Shown here one piece after another: positions 19,396 through 28,831 of a stretch of 39,482 nucleotides of DNA. The DNA is taken from positions 1 to 39,482 of the forward strand of contig CAZPIK010000002.1 in the NCBI GenBank assembly GCA_964586185.1, given 5' to 3'. The first letter of the stretch is position 1; the number at the start of each line of letters is the position of its first letter. Source of the DNA: an uncultured Candidatus Sumerlaeota bacterium (GTDB lineage: Bacteria; Sumerlaeota; Sumerlaeia; MVZB01; JAJFLK01). A program made the translations under genes and the position numbers. The notes below the pieces were generated by a model. It searched no databases and was not told the DNA's origin. It worked only from the letters and a program-made list of their open reading frames with translations.

Positions 19396-19431
19396 GGACA
19401 AATAGGACGAATGGGACTGATAGGATGAATG
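19396..19431. repeat. two tandem 18-nt units (15/18 identical)
   Basis: GGACAAATAGGACGAATG is followed directly by GGACTGATAGGATGAATG. The repeat lies in the spacer between the stop of the HEAT-like gene and rlmD. Confidence 0.6.
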
Positions 19432-19470
19432 ATCTGAACGATAAAATCGTCCACTGGATTCTTTTTAAAA

Positions 19471-22128
19471 CTATGCTGGTGGCTCAGGAGGGGGGCCTTG
19501 TTTGCCGCCCTTGATCCACGCCTGCCGTTTCATCATGTATTGGCGTTTAATGTCGAGCGGAGTGAGCGGACCCATGCTACGGACAGCGCCGACATCAGTC
19601 CTATCCCTTAGATTCACTTCTTCACGCGAAGGCGCGATTGGCGGGGATCCGTCATAAGGCGCATCATCTCGGCCGGTTTCGATTGCTTCATTCTCGACTT
19701 CGGGTTTTTCCGCTTCAACTTCAGGCGCGACGACCGGAATGGGCGCCTTGGACGGCGCATCGGGAATCTCGATGGCCGATTGGAGTCGGAACAAGAGCGC
19801 GCCATCACCAATGTTCATTTCCGCATATCGTCGAAAATGTTCGTCATAAGGAGCGCGTTTGGGAAAGTGCTTTGCGATTATTTGAAGAACTTTCTCCATC
19901 GCTTCGCCCTTACTGAAACGCGCATGTTCTTCAAAAAATGCGATGACGAATTGCTCAAACTCTTTGGGGCTTGGAAGTGGCGAGACAAATTGCGTTAAGG
20001 CTGTTTCCGCGGCGCGTTGAACCATGAGGTCTTTATTGGAAAGATTCGCAAGCAGAACTCCGACGGTATCGGGACGACGCGCTCGCCCCAAGATGGAAAT
20101 GCCTTCGATCTGCTTGATTTTATTCGAGAACATTCCTCCCTTGGCCGAAGCTAGAGCGCGTTCAACCACCTCATCCGCAAAAACTTCACGCGGTTCCTGC
20201 GAGGCAACCTCGCGTTTGCCGACCGTGCCGTGTTTACGCTTGATATCGAGCAAAAATGAAGAGGTCTCGCCTCCCGGTGAAACGAGTTGCCCCGCTTGAA
20301 GCTGATCCGCAATGCCGAGAAGCGCTCGCCGACCCCCTTCGCCGCCGCATTTGTCGAGCGCAAACATCAGCGAATGGATGATGTCGTCCGGCTCCAAATC
20401 CTTCATTGCGGCTGTGGCGGGATCGTAAACCTTTTCAATATAGAGCGGGTCACTTGACGTTTCACCCGCTCCCATGAACGACACGCGTATCATACGCTCA
20501 AGCAGGGGCGCGGCGCGTTCATCCCCGATTTTCTGCATCGTTTCCGCAAAAGCATTGAACGCGCCCGTGATTTTGCGAACGAGCGGCTCGGCCGTTTCGA
20601 GCACTTCAGGCAACGCTTCCCGGCCCAAACGCGTCAAACCTTGAACGGCCGGTCCGCGCGAACCGAGCGGATTCGATGCGTTTGCTGCAACCGCGCCGCC
20701 CCGTTCAGCTAACTTGGCGGCGAGCATTGCGTTCTGATCCGAAGCAAACAACGCGCGGGTCATTTGCCTTGCGGCCCAAGCGCGTTGCGCAGGTTGAAAC
20801 TCGTCAATCTTCGCGGAAAAAATTTGCAGCGCGGCATGGGATGAAAGCTCGACGCTCTTCTCCCCTACCAACGCGATCACCTCGTTGGCCAGCTTGACAC
20901 GCGTCGAAGCCTCGACCCCTTTCATTTTGGAAATTCGTCCGAGCGCGGTAAGGAACATTTTTGCGCGTCGTTCCTCGGTCGGATCCACCGCCTTCTTCAC
21001 GCACTTAGCCAACTCTCCCAATACCATGTCCACCGATTCCGTGTTGGCGATGCGGCTCACGGCATCCGCGATGGCCTCCTGTCGTTTAGGAGTCTTGGCG
21101 TCGCGCAACGCGGTTTTCAGGTAGAAGAAAAAATCATTATGCCGCAATCCGCCCATGATCGCGGTGAATGTCTCAACCTTATCGTCGCCGGGAGTTGTCT
21201 GCGCGAGCGTCAAGATACGGGCGCGCAGCAACGCAATTTCACCGATCTTTCCAAGACCGCGCACGGCGGCAAGTTTCGCGCGGGGTCCCAAATCCAGAAA
21301 CAAACGCGGCTCAACTCCCGCAACAGATTGGATTGTTGGAGGATCAGTCGGGCAGTACTCTTTGAGAATGGCAAGCGCGTCAATCAGGTCTTCATCGTCT
21401 TCCGAAACCGTTCCCGCGCGAAGCAATGAAAGAGCCTCGTCGGTAAAACGTCGGGTTTGTTCCTCGGTCGGCTCGCCCGCGTCGCGCTTACCGGGAAGAA
21501 ATTCTCGAATCGAAACGCAGGCCGTCGTGAAGATTTTCGTCCACTCGCGGTCGCTTTCGATCATGCCGCCGCGTTTAGCCTGCTCCAGCGCGGACACAAA
21601 AACCTGGCGCCAGTCAAAACTGAATCCATCGAACATCTGCGCCTGCGCCAAGAATCGCATGACTTCCATCGAGCGATCTTGATCGCGAACGAGTCCCGCA
21701 AGCGCACTAATCAAGAATCTGGCGTTTCGCTCACGGTCGGCGGGGTTTTTTGCGCGATTCAGCAGCAATGTTGCGCGCTGGGCCGCGCCCCGAACGTTAT
21801 TAAGCGTGATTTCTTTTCGCGCTTCCCTTCCAAGTCGCTCGCGGGTGACGTCGTCAAGTTCTCTTATCCAATGTTGTGTTCTCTCGGCTTTAGGACGCAA
21901 ACCCTCAAGCAGAACTTCCATTTGCGCCGGTTGAAACAATTGCTTGGCATACTGGCAGAACTCAAGAACGGGCTTGACGGATAAGGCGTCGTACTCAGCA
22001 ACTAAAATCGCGGCCATTTCCTTCAAATGACGTTCAAGCGAGCCGCTACCCGCGCGAACAACTTCGACAAAACGCCGCGCCGCGCCATGGACGTTGCTCT
22101 CGGAAAGGAGTTTTTGTACGTTTTGCAT
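19471..22128 (-). CDS. large hypothetical protein with HEAT/armadillo-like helical repeats
   Basis: 885-894 aa and all-helical in character. It has HEAT-like segments (LAAVRGLGKIGEIALL, QEAIADAVSRIANTESVDMVLGEL, DLMVQRAAETALTQF), then an acidic/Pro-rich linker and a basic tail KRQYMMKRQAWIKGGKQGPPPEPPA. Start is ATG 22128 or TTG 22155. Confidence 0.6.
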   Translation of the reverse strand: MQNVQKLLSESNVHGAARRFVEVVRAGSGSLERHLKEMAAILVAEYDALSVKPVLEFCQYAKQLFQPAQMEVLLEGLRPKAERTQHWIRELDDVTRERLGREARKEITLNNVRGAAQRATLLLNRAKNPADRERNARFLISALAGLVRDQDRSMEVMRFLAQAQMFDGFSFDWRQVFVSALEQAKRGGMIESDREWTKIFTTACVSIREFLPGKRDAGEPTEEQTRRFTDEALSLLRAGTVSEDDEDLIDALAILKEYCPTDPPTIQSVAGVEPRLFLDLGPRAKLAAVRGLGKIGEIALLRARILTLAQTTPGDDKVETFTAIMGGLRHNDFFFYLKTALRDAKTPKRQEAIADAVSRIANTESVDMVLGELAKCVKKAVDPTEERRAKMFLTALGRISKMKGVEASTRVKLANEVIALVGEKSVELSSHAALQIFSAKIDEFQPAQRAWAARQMTRALFASDQNAMLAAKLAERGGAVAANASNPLGSRGPAVQGLTRLGREALPEVLETAEPLVRKITGAFNAFAETMQKIGDERAAPLLERMIRVSFMGAGETSSDPLYIEKVYDPATAAMKDLEPDDIIHSLMFALDKCGGEGGRRALLGIADQLQAGQLVSPGGETSSFLLDIKRKHGTVGKREVASQEPREVFADEVVERALASAKGGMFSNKIKQIEGISILGRARRPDTVGVLLANLSNKDLMVQRAAETALTQFVSPLPSPKEFEQFVIAFFEEHARFSKGEAMEKVLQIIAKHFPKRAPYDEHFRRYAEMNIGDGALLFRLQSAIEIPDAPSKAPIPVVAPEVEAEKPEVENEAIETGRDDAPYDGSPPIAPSREEVNLRDRTDVGAVRSMGPLTPLDIKRQYMMKRQAWIKGGKQGPPPEPPA

Positions 22129-22268
22129 CGTCTCCCGCCGCGAGCCTACTTTCAATTACCAGAATATTTCTAGCTTTCACATTCCGGGCAAACCCGTCCC
22201 GTGTGATCAATTTTATAGGAGGTTCGATCCGATTTTTCCATGATTGAGTTCGGCGAATTGCTTCTTTC

Positions 22269-22297
22269 TTGAACGAAGAACGGATTCCCACTATCCT
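22269..22297 (+). promoter_or_regulatory. candidate sigma70-type promoter for the riboswitch-kimA transcript
   Basis: TTGAAC - 17 nt - TATCCT, immediately upstream of the aptamer. Confidence 0.35.
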
Positions 22298-22300
22298 ATG

Positions 22301-22432
22301 GCCGAGTGCCGAATCGCGATTTCATGTGATCGCGAGCGGGGGAACCAACCCTAACGTAACGGGGCGAACCGCCAGTAGGCGGGAGGTAGGATCTTCTCAA
22401 CCTTAGCCCGTCAGCTAACCTCGTAGGCCGCA
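22301..22432 (+). promoter_or_regulatory. c-di-AMP riboswitch (ydaO-yuaA class)
   Basis: Conserved blocks appear in the right order: GAATCGCG...GAGCGGGGGAACCA, ACGGGGCGAACC, GAGGTAGGA and CCCGTCAGCTAACCTCGTAGGC. They closely match the Bacillus subtilis ydaO leader as I recall it (..GAGCGGGGGACCCA..GGGGTGAATCC..CCGTCAGCTAACCTCGTAAGCG). It sits directly upstream of a KimA (YdaO) homologue. Confidence 0.85.
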
Positions 22433-22447
22433 GAGAGGAAAAAGAAC

Positions 22448-24511
22448 GTGAGCGAAGAATCGAACGGGGACCTTAGGTCCCAGGGTGTTTGGGCCTCCCT
22501 TAAACCGAAACTACTCGGCGGCGCAAAAGATCTCCGCGATCCCAATCTACATCATCAATTGTCACTTATAGCCTTTCTCGCGTGGGTCGGGATCGGGGCT
22601 GATGGACTCTCTTCCTCGGCTTATGGTCCCGAGGAAGCTTATCGCGAATTAGGCCAGCACCATTACCTGGCCTTCTGGTTGATGTTGGCGACGGCATTTA
22701 CCGTTCTTGTCATTTCGCTTTGTTACAGCAAGATCATCGAAAAATTTCCAGAGGGCGGGGGCGGCTATCTGGTCGCTTCCGAGTTGCTCGGCAAGCCTGT
22801 TGGAGTCATTGCGGGTTCGGCGCTGCTCATTGACTACATTCTGACCATTACCGTCTCCATCGCCAGCGGAGGCGACGCGGTATTTAGTCTGTTACCAGCA
22901 AGTCTCCATGCACTCAAAATGCCTACGGAATTTGTGGCGATTGCTTTGCTGCTTTTGCTTAACCTGCGCGGAATCAAGGAATCCATCACGGTGCTGGTAC
23001 CTATTTTCATGGTTTTCCTCATTTCGCACATCCTGTTGCTCGGTGGAGGAATTCTGGGACACCTTTCGGGAGTCGGCGCGGTGGTCACGGAAGTATCCGA
23101 AGGCACGAGTAACGGCATAAAGGAAATCGGCGCATGGGGTTTGTTCGCTGTATTCCTCCGCGCATATTCGATGGGCGGCGGAACCTATACGGGTATTGAG
23201 GCCGTTTCCAATGCCATGAGCGCGCTCCGTGAACCCAAAGTTGCGACCGGAAAAAGAACCATGATCTACATGGCCATTTCCCTTGCCGTAACTGCGGGCG
23301 GATTATTGCTTTGTTACATGCTTATGAATGTCCAACATGTCCAAGGCAAGACGATGAACGCTGTGCTTGCGAACGAAGTCGCGGGACATATTCAGTGGGG
23401 CGGTTTTGCCGTCGGCAAATGGTTCGTGCTCATCACCATCGGCTCCGAAGCACTTCTGCTCCTCGTTGCGGCGCAGGCTGGTTTCATCGGCGGACCGGGC
23501 ATCATGGCCAACATGGCGACCGACTCATGGTTGCCCCGTCGGTTCGTCGCACTTTCCGATCGCCTCACCATGCAGAACGGGATCATCCTCATGGGTTGTG
23601 CGGCCATGACGCTCCTCGCCTATACCGGGGGCAATATTCGCATCCTTGTCATCATGTACAGCATCAACGTCTTTGTTACCTTCACACTTGCGCAGGCGGG
23701 AATGTTGCGGTTGTGGCTTAGGGAACGAAGCGAAGGGAAAGTTTGGAAACGGAATTTTGCGATTCACGTGGTCGGATTTACGCTCTGCTTTTCGATTCTG
23801 ATTGTGATGATTGTTGAAAAATTCAACAAGGGAGCTTGGGTCACGGTCATCATTACCTCGGCGTTGATCGCAGTATGTTTTGCCATTCGGCGTCACTACC
23901 AAAACGTCCAGAAGCGGATCATCGAAGTGAAGCAAACGTTCTCGGATCTGCCAGAGATGCTTGAGCAAGGCGGGTCGCAATCCTTTCTCAAAATGGCGTC
24001 CTCAATTCGACAGACCGCCATTATTCTCGTAGGCGGATACGACGGGCTCGGCATCCATCTTTTTTTGAACGTGCTCCGAAACTTTCCGAATACATTCGAC
24101 AAGGTCGTGTTTGTCTCGATCGGCTCCGTGGACAGCGCGTTCCTTAAGGATCACCATCTGGTCGAAACAGTGGAGAAGAGAACGGCGAATACGCTGGAAA
24201 GGTATGTCGGGCTTGCGAAAAAACTCGGACTGGAAGCGGACTCAGCCTATCGAATCGGAACGGACGTAGCCGAAGAAGCCTCGGAACTGTGCCTCGAAAT
24301 TGCGCGCAAAAATCCGCGTAGCGTCGTCTTTGCCGGGGAACTCCTCTTCGAGAAACCTGCGTGGTTCCATCGGCTGCTTCACAACGAGACCGCCTACGCG
24401 ATTCAGCGCCGCATCCGATTTGCGGGGCTATCTATGGTGGTGATGCCGTTGCTCCTGCATCAACAAAGCAGTTCGCTTACGGAATTCAATTCGCCCAAAC
24501 CTGCGGCCTGA
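22448..24511 (+). CDS. kimA: KimA-type (APC superfamily) K+/H+ symporter
   Basis: The match to B. subtilis KimA, recalled from memory, runs the full length: FPEGGGGYLVASELLGKPVGVIAGSALLIDYILTITVSIASG, LLNLRGIKES, TGIEAVSNAM, and the cytoplasmic C-terminal domain ending WFHRLLHNETAYAIQRRIRF. GTG start after GAGAGGAAAAAG. Confidence 0.85.
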   Translation: MSEESNGDLRSQGVWASLKPKLLGGAKDLRDPNLHHQLSLIAFLAWVGIGADGLSSSAYGPEEAYRELGQHHYLAFWLMLATAFTVLVISLCYSKIIEKFPEGGGGYLVASELLGKPVGVIAGSALLIDYILTITVSIASGGDAVFSLLPASLHALKMPTEFVAIALLLLLNLRGIKESITVLVPIFMVFLISHILLLGGGILGHLSGVGAVVTEVSEGTSNGIKEIGAWGLFAVFLRAYSMGGGTYTGIEAVSNAMSALREPKVATGKRTMIYMAISLAVTAGGLLLCYMLMNVQHVQGKTMNAVLANEVAGHIQWGGFAVGKWFVLITIGSEALLLLVAAQAGFIGGPGIMANMATDSWLPRRFVALSDRLTMQNGIILMGCAAMTLLAYTGGNIRILVIMYSINVFVTFTLAQAGMLRLWLRERSEGKVWKRNFAIHVVGFTLCFSILIVMIVEKFNKGAWVTVIITSALIAVCFAIRRHYQNVQKRIIEVKQTFSDLPEMLEQGGSQSFLKMASSIRQTAIILVGGYDGLGIHLFLNVLRNFPNTFDKVVFVSIGSVDSAFLKDHHLVETVEKRTANTLERYVGLAKKLGLEADSAYRIGTDVAEEASELCLEIARKNPRSVVFAGELLFEKPAWFHRLLHNETAYAIQRRIRFAGLSMVVMPLLLHQQSSSLTEFNSPKPAA

Positions 24512-24515
24512 TCAA

Positions 24516-27047
24516 CTACTCAATACTCTCTTCGGCGCTGTTCGGATCAGCGAACATTGGATCATCAACCGTAGGCGCTTCTGCTTCGCCTTCGGCTTCA
24601 AAGCTCACCCACTGGCGACCAATGAGCGGAGACCGAACAGCGCCGTCGCATGTTTCGAATGGCGCCGTCCCGCGTTTGTAAGGCATGCGACGATAAACTT
24701 TGTGCCGATTCTCCGCGCATAATTCCGAGGCGCGCTTACCTGTTTCAGAACATATATCCGCCGTCTCGATCCCAGGAGGAGCTTCGTAGCTCATCTTCCA
24801 TTGACTGGGATCGCGAGTGGCGTAGGTTCGCGCGAACGTATTCGCCCAGATCGGCCCTGCGATCTTGCCGCCCGTCATTTGCGGTCCCATTGAGCGGGGC
24901 GTGTCATAGCCCACGTAAACACAAATCACCAGATCGGGAGTTATGCCCGTAAACCACGCATCCGTGTTATCGTTCGTAGTTCCGGTCTTCCCTCCGATGG
25001 GAGGATAAGGGGGCGATGGAAACTTGTCGCCGATGCTTGTCTTTCCTGTTCCATCTACAACGGCCTGTCTGAGAATATTGACCATCTGATACGCAACAAC
25101 CGGATCGAGCGCGATGGTTTCATCTCGTTTGGGAGAAAGTAATTTTTTCCCAGCTTTATCGGTCAATGTTTCGAAAAACTGTGGCCGGCGGCATATCCCG
25201 CGATGCGTAAACACTTGATAAGCGGACGCAACATCCAGCGCCGACATATCCACCGTTCCCAAACAGACCGATACCTCATGAGGATAGCGATCAAGCCACG
25301 TCTTGTGCCCCGGATGATAATCGAATTCGACAACCTGATTGAGCGCGCGCTTGACGCCCATCTTGAGAAAAAGTCGAACGGTCGGGACGTTACGCGAATG
25401 CTCAAGCGCTTCAATAAGCGTGGTGGGACCAAAGAATCGCTTTTCGTAGTTGCGCGGTTTGTAAGGTTCAGGAACGCTAGGTATCGAAATCTCTTCATCT
25501 ATAATGATGTCATGCGGTTTAAACCCGATTTCGAGCGCGGCAGCAAAAAAGAATGGCTTCACGGTAGAACCGGCGGACTTGCCGCCCATGTACGCGCGAT
25601 TGAATTGGCCATCGTTGGCGGTATCGAAAAAATTGTCCCCACCGACCAAGGCATACACCTCGGCGGTTCGCGCATCCATGACGACGACGCTCCCTTGGAT
25701 TTTTTTCGTGTCACCCGGTTCGAGTTCCATTCGCTGCCGTCGTGAATCCACCGCGATGACTTTAGCGTCAATTAATCCACCGGCTTTAAGCACGATGTCG
25801 GAATTATAATAGGGAAATCCATTTTTATAGGTCATCGTTCCTGTGTAATTACCGTAAGTCACTTCGAGCGTGTTGGAAGTTGGGCGTGACTTGATCCGCA
25901 TGAGGCGCATCTGTCCCGCGACGGGTCCCGGCGGAAGATCGGTCGCTTCATTCTGAAATCGCGCGGGCTTGCGATCCTGCCACATGCTTTCGGCATGAAT
26001 CAGCCCCTTGGAAAGCTCCTCCTGCGCGATTTTTTGAATCGTCGGATCTATCGTGGAACGGATGCGAAGCCCTTTCTTTCGCAGATCGGATTCCGACAGT
26101 TTGTAGTATCCGGTTAGCTCGCGCTGAAGAGCGTCGGTGAAATAAGGGAAGTCGCTCGTCGCGACATTCGAACGCCGCCTTCCGGGTCGAGTTAGAACAG
26201 GGCTATTCACGGCGCGATCATATTGTTCAGCGCTGATCCAATTCAGTTCGCGCATGCGCTTCAATACGTAATCACGCCGACCGCGATGGCGCTCCTTATT
26301 ATGAACCCCCAGCGGATTGTACATTGAAGGTCCCTTTGGAATGGCCGCAAGACTCGCGCATTCCGCCAGAGTCAGGTCCTTCGGCTCCTTGTCAAAGTAA
26401 GTCTGCGCGGCGGAGTAAATTCCGAACGATTGGCGTCCCATGTCAATGTGATTGAGGTAGAAGGCCAGGATTTGGTCTTTGGAATAACGTCGTTCGATCT
26501 TAAACGCCATGACGGCTTCCTTAATTTTGCGCGACCATTTCTTCTCTCGCGAATATTCCTCCGGAAGAATGTTGCGCGGAAGCTGCATGGTGATCGTGCT
26601 GGCCCCCTGTGAACTCGCGCTGCTCTTGAAGTTCGCAACCGCCGAACGCGCGATAGCCCACGGATCCACTCCAAAATGTTCGTCGAATCGGTCGTCCTCA
26701 ATGGCGAGTACGGCCTTCTTCATCATGTCGGGAATTTCTTCAATCGGAAGGACGTGACGCCGCTCATCGGCAAGCTCGGCGATCTCTCGCGCTCCCGTGC
26801 GGTCATAAATAATGGTGGATTCAATCGGAGCGTATTCCTCCAACGCTTCGATGGGAGGAAGACTATTGATGTAACCCATCATGAGGCCAACGGCGAGCGA
26901 TGCTCCGAGAACGCCAAAACCAACAACAACCAGAAACAACACATACCATCGCTGAATGCGGCTGCGTCGGCGGCGAGGACGTGGCGGGCGTGTGACGTCG
27001 TTACTGTGAGGCATGAGGGGAAAGTTGTGCGGATTTTTCGGGTGCAT
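24516..27047 (-). CDS. mrcA: class A penicillin-binding protein PBP1A (glycosyltransferase GT51 + transpeptidase)
   Basis: GT51 motifs AIEDDRFDEHFGVD, GASTITMQL and RKIKE. Transpeptidase motifs SAGSTVKPF (SxxK) and KTGTTND (KTG). Start is uncertain: ATG 27047, ATG 27014 or TTG 27107. Every option overlaps the upstream gene. Confidence 0.9.
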   Translation of the reverse strand: MHPKNPHNFPLMPHSNDVTRPPRPRRRRSRIQRWYVLFLVVVGFGVLGASLAVGLMMGYINSLPPIEALEEYAPIESTIIYDRTGAREIAELADERRHVLPIEEIPDMMKKAVLAIEDDRFDEHFGVDPWAIARSAVANFKSSASSQGASTITMQLPRNILPEEYSREKKWSRKIKEAVMAFKIERRYSKDQILAFYLNHIDMGRQSFGIYSAAQTYFDKEPKDLTLAECASLAAIPKGPSMYNPLGVHNKERHRGRRDYVLKRMRELNWISAEQYDRAVNSPVLTRPGRRRSNVATSDFPYFTDALQRELTGYYKLSESDLRKKGLRIRSTIDPTIQKIAQEELSKGLIHAESMWQDRKPARFQNEATDLPPGPVAGQMRLMRIKSRPTSNTLEVTYGNYTGTMTYKNGFPYYNSDIVLKAGGLIDAKVIAVDSRRQRMELEPGDTKKIQGSVVVMDARTAEVYALVGGDNFFDTANDGQFNRAYMGGKSAGSTVKPFFFAAALEIGFKPHDIIIDEEISIPSVPEPYKPRNYEKRFFGPTTLIEALEHSRNVPTVRLFLKMGVKRALNQVVEFDYHPGHKTWLDRYPHEVSVCLGTVDMSALDVASAYQVFTHRGICRRPQFFETLTDKAGKKLLSPKRDETIALDPVVAYQMVNILRQAVVDGTGKTSIGDKFPSPPYPPIGGKTGTTNDNTDAWFTGITPDLVICVYVGYDTPRSMGPQMTGGKIAGPIWANTFARTYATRDPSQWKMSYEAPPGIETADICSETGKRASELCAENRHKVYRRMPYKRGTAPFETCDGAVRSPLIGRQWVSFEAEGEAEAPTVDDPMFADPNSAEESIE

Positions 27048-27774
27048 TAAGTCCCGGATCAGCGGCAATGATATCAATAACCGCGCCGATCGTCGGAGGC
27101 TTATCAAACGCCGCTACGAGTCGAGTGTCGGGCGCGGCCTTGCCCGCGTAACGCGTTTCCAATTTGCGAACATAATCTTCGGCGGACGAATCTCCAATGG
27201 GAGCAATGACTTCGATATCCTTCAGCCCCTCCATCCGTCCGATGGCGTCGGCCAACGCCAGACGTCGTTCGTCCTTTTGATCCGCATGAAGGATTTCGCG
27301 AACCATAAGGCCATGAATCCAAAGATATTCGTTCAATCCCATCTTCTCACGTTCGAGCGATTCCTGATGTCGAACGGCGGCGGCTTTTAGGAAATCGGCC
27401 GAGGCGCGCCAAAGAGTGAAACCTTTGAATGGACTGAAATCATCGGGTTGCAGCAAATCGCGCGCAACCGTTTCGACGCTTGGAGTAATCGTTTCCATGA
27501 GCGCGCGACGTGCGCGTAGATATGCTTCGATTCGTTCAGGTGTCGCCGCTTGTCCGTTTGCTGCGAGCGGATATTTTGCATTGAGCGCTTCATATCCCGA
27601 ACGCGATTTCTTGAGGAAATTTTGGAAGTCTTTCAGCGATTGGGTGAACCACACTCCCACCGCCACCAAGCCAATAAGAGTCACAACCGCCGGAACGCCC
27701 ATTAGCAGCAACGCCCACCGCAAAAGCGAGCGTCTAGGAGGAGGAGATTTTTTCGGTGCTTGGCGCGCTTTCAT
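27001..27774 (-). CDS. hypothetical single-pass membrane protein
   Basis: Basic N-terminus, one TM helix (LLLMGVPAVVTLIGLVAVGVWF), then a roughly 200-aa soluble domain. Its stop at 27001 lies inside the 5' end of the PBP1A ORF. No family recognised. Confidence 0.6.
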   Translation of the reverse strand: MKARQAPKKSPPPRRSLLRWALLLMGVPAVVTLIGLVAVGVWFTQSLKDFQNFLKKSRSGYEALNAKYPLAANGQAATPERIEAYLRARRALMETITPSVETVARDLLQPDDFSPFKGFTLWRASADFLKAAAVRHQESLEREKMGLNEYLWIHGLMVREILHADQKDERRLALADAIGRMEGLKDIEVIAPIGDSSAEDYVRKLETRYAGKAAPDTRLVAAFDKPPTIGAVIDIIAADPGLNAPEKSAQLSPHASQ

Positions 27775-27924
27775 TGATCATCGCGGCGGGGTCTGAATCG
27801 GCTTGCCGCGCTCGTTGGATTCTACGCCATCCTCTAACTACATTGCATCTTGAATCCGTTTGGATCATGATCGCGCGTTGGCAATGGATAGAACAAGCGA
27901 CGTCAAGGCGAGAGTAAAACCGAC

Positions 27925-28806
27925 GTGGATATCCTGCACGGACTCACACCGACTCAAATCGAAATCGTTCACCGATGTCGCAATTATCGCGAGATCGAGG
28001 AAGGGGAAATCATTTTCTCCGAAGGCGATCCCGCCGATAGTATGTTCATCATTATGAGCGGCGCGGTCGAGATTTTTAGAAAAAAGGACGGCCACGAATA
28101 CACAGTGGCACGCTTGATCAGTCCCGAAGTTTTTGGCGAAATGGGACTCCTCACTAAGGCCGGTCGGACAGCCTCGGCCCGCGCGCTGCAGCGTTCGCTT
28201 CTCTTCGAGGTCCCGAACAATCTCGTTTACGTAATGAAGGAATTCACGGGTTCCGAAGCGACAATGAAGCTTGTCGAGAATCTGATCTGCATTTTGGGCG
28301 AGCGATTGCGTCAGGCCAACGATGGAATTTCCTTCGTTCCCGCTTCCACAATTTTTCAAAATCGCGAGATCGTTCGAAACGAAACGCAGGCGGCCATGCA
28401 AACCATCGAACGCAATCTTCCCAAGGGACTCAGTAAGAAATACGCTCCGCAGGAAACGCTCTCTGAAGGCGAATTCCTCTGCCGCGAGGGCGATCCCTCC
28501 GATGGGTTTTACTTTATTCATCAAGGCGAACTTGAAGTCCTGCGCACCCAAACCGGAGGCGAAGCTCGACCGATTTCGATTATCAAAGGCCCAACCATCA
28601 CGGGCGAACTCGGTTTCTTCACTAAACGTCCGCGCGTTGCCGGACTCCGCGCGAAAACGACCGTCAAATACACCCCCTTTTCCGGTTTGCATTTCATGAA
28701 GATCAAACAGAGCGATCCCGATGAAGCGATGCGAGTGCTCTTTGCCGCCGCGCGAATGGCAGTTTATTTGATCGTCAAAGGCTCGAACACCGACGCTGCG
28801 CATTGA
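27925..28806 (+). CDS. tandem cyclic-nucleotide-binding (CAP_ED) domain protein with no output domain
   Basis: Two phosphate-binding cassettes: FGEMGLLTKAGRTASARA (nt 28132-28185) and GELGFFTKRPRVAGLRA. GTG is the first possible start after the in-frame stop at 27889-27891. Confidence 0.85.
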   Translation: MDILHGLTPTQIEIVHRCRNYREIEEGEIIFSEGDPADSMFIIMSGAVEIFRKKDGHEYTVARLISPEVFGEMGLLTKAGRTASARALQRSLLFEVPNNLVYVMKEFTGSEATMKLVENLICILGERLRQANDGISFVPASTIFQNREIVRNETQAAMQTIERNLPKGLSKKYAPQETLSEGEFLCREGDPSDGFYFIHQGELEVLRTQTGGEARPISIIKGPTITGELGFFTKRPRVAGLRAKTTVKYTPFSGLHFMKIKQSDPDEAMRVLFAAARMAVYLIVKGSNTDAAH

Positions 28807-28831
28807 AGACGAGCGCGTCTCTTGATTTCCG

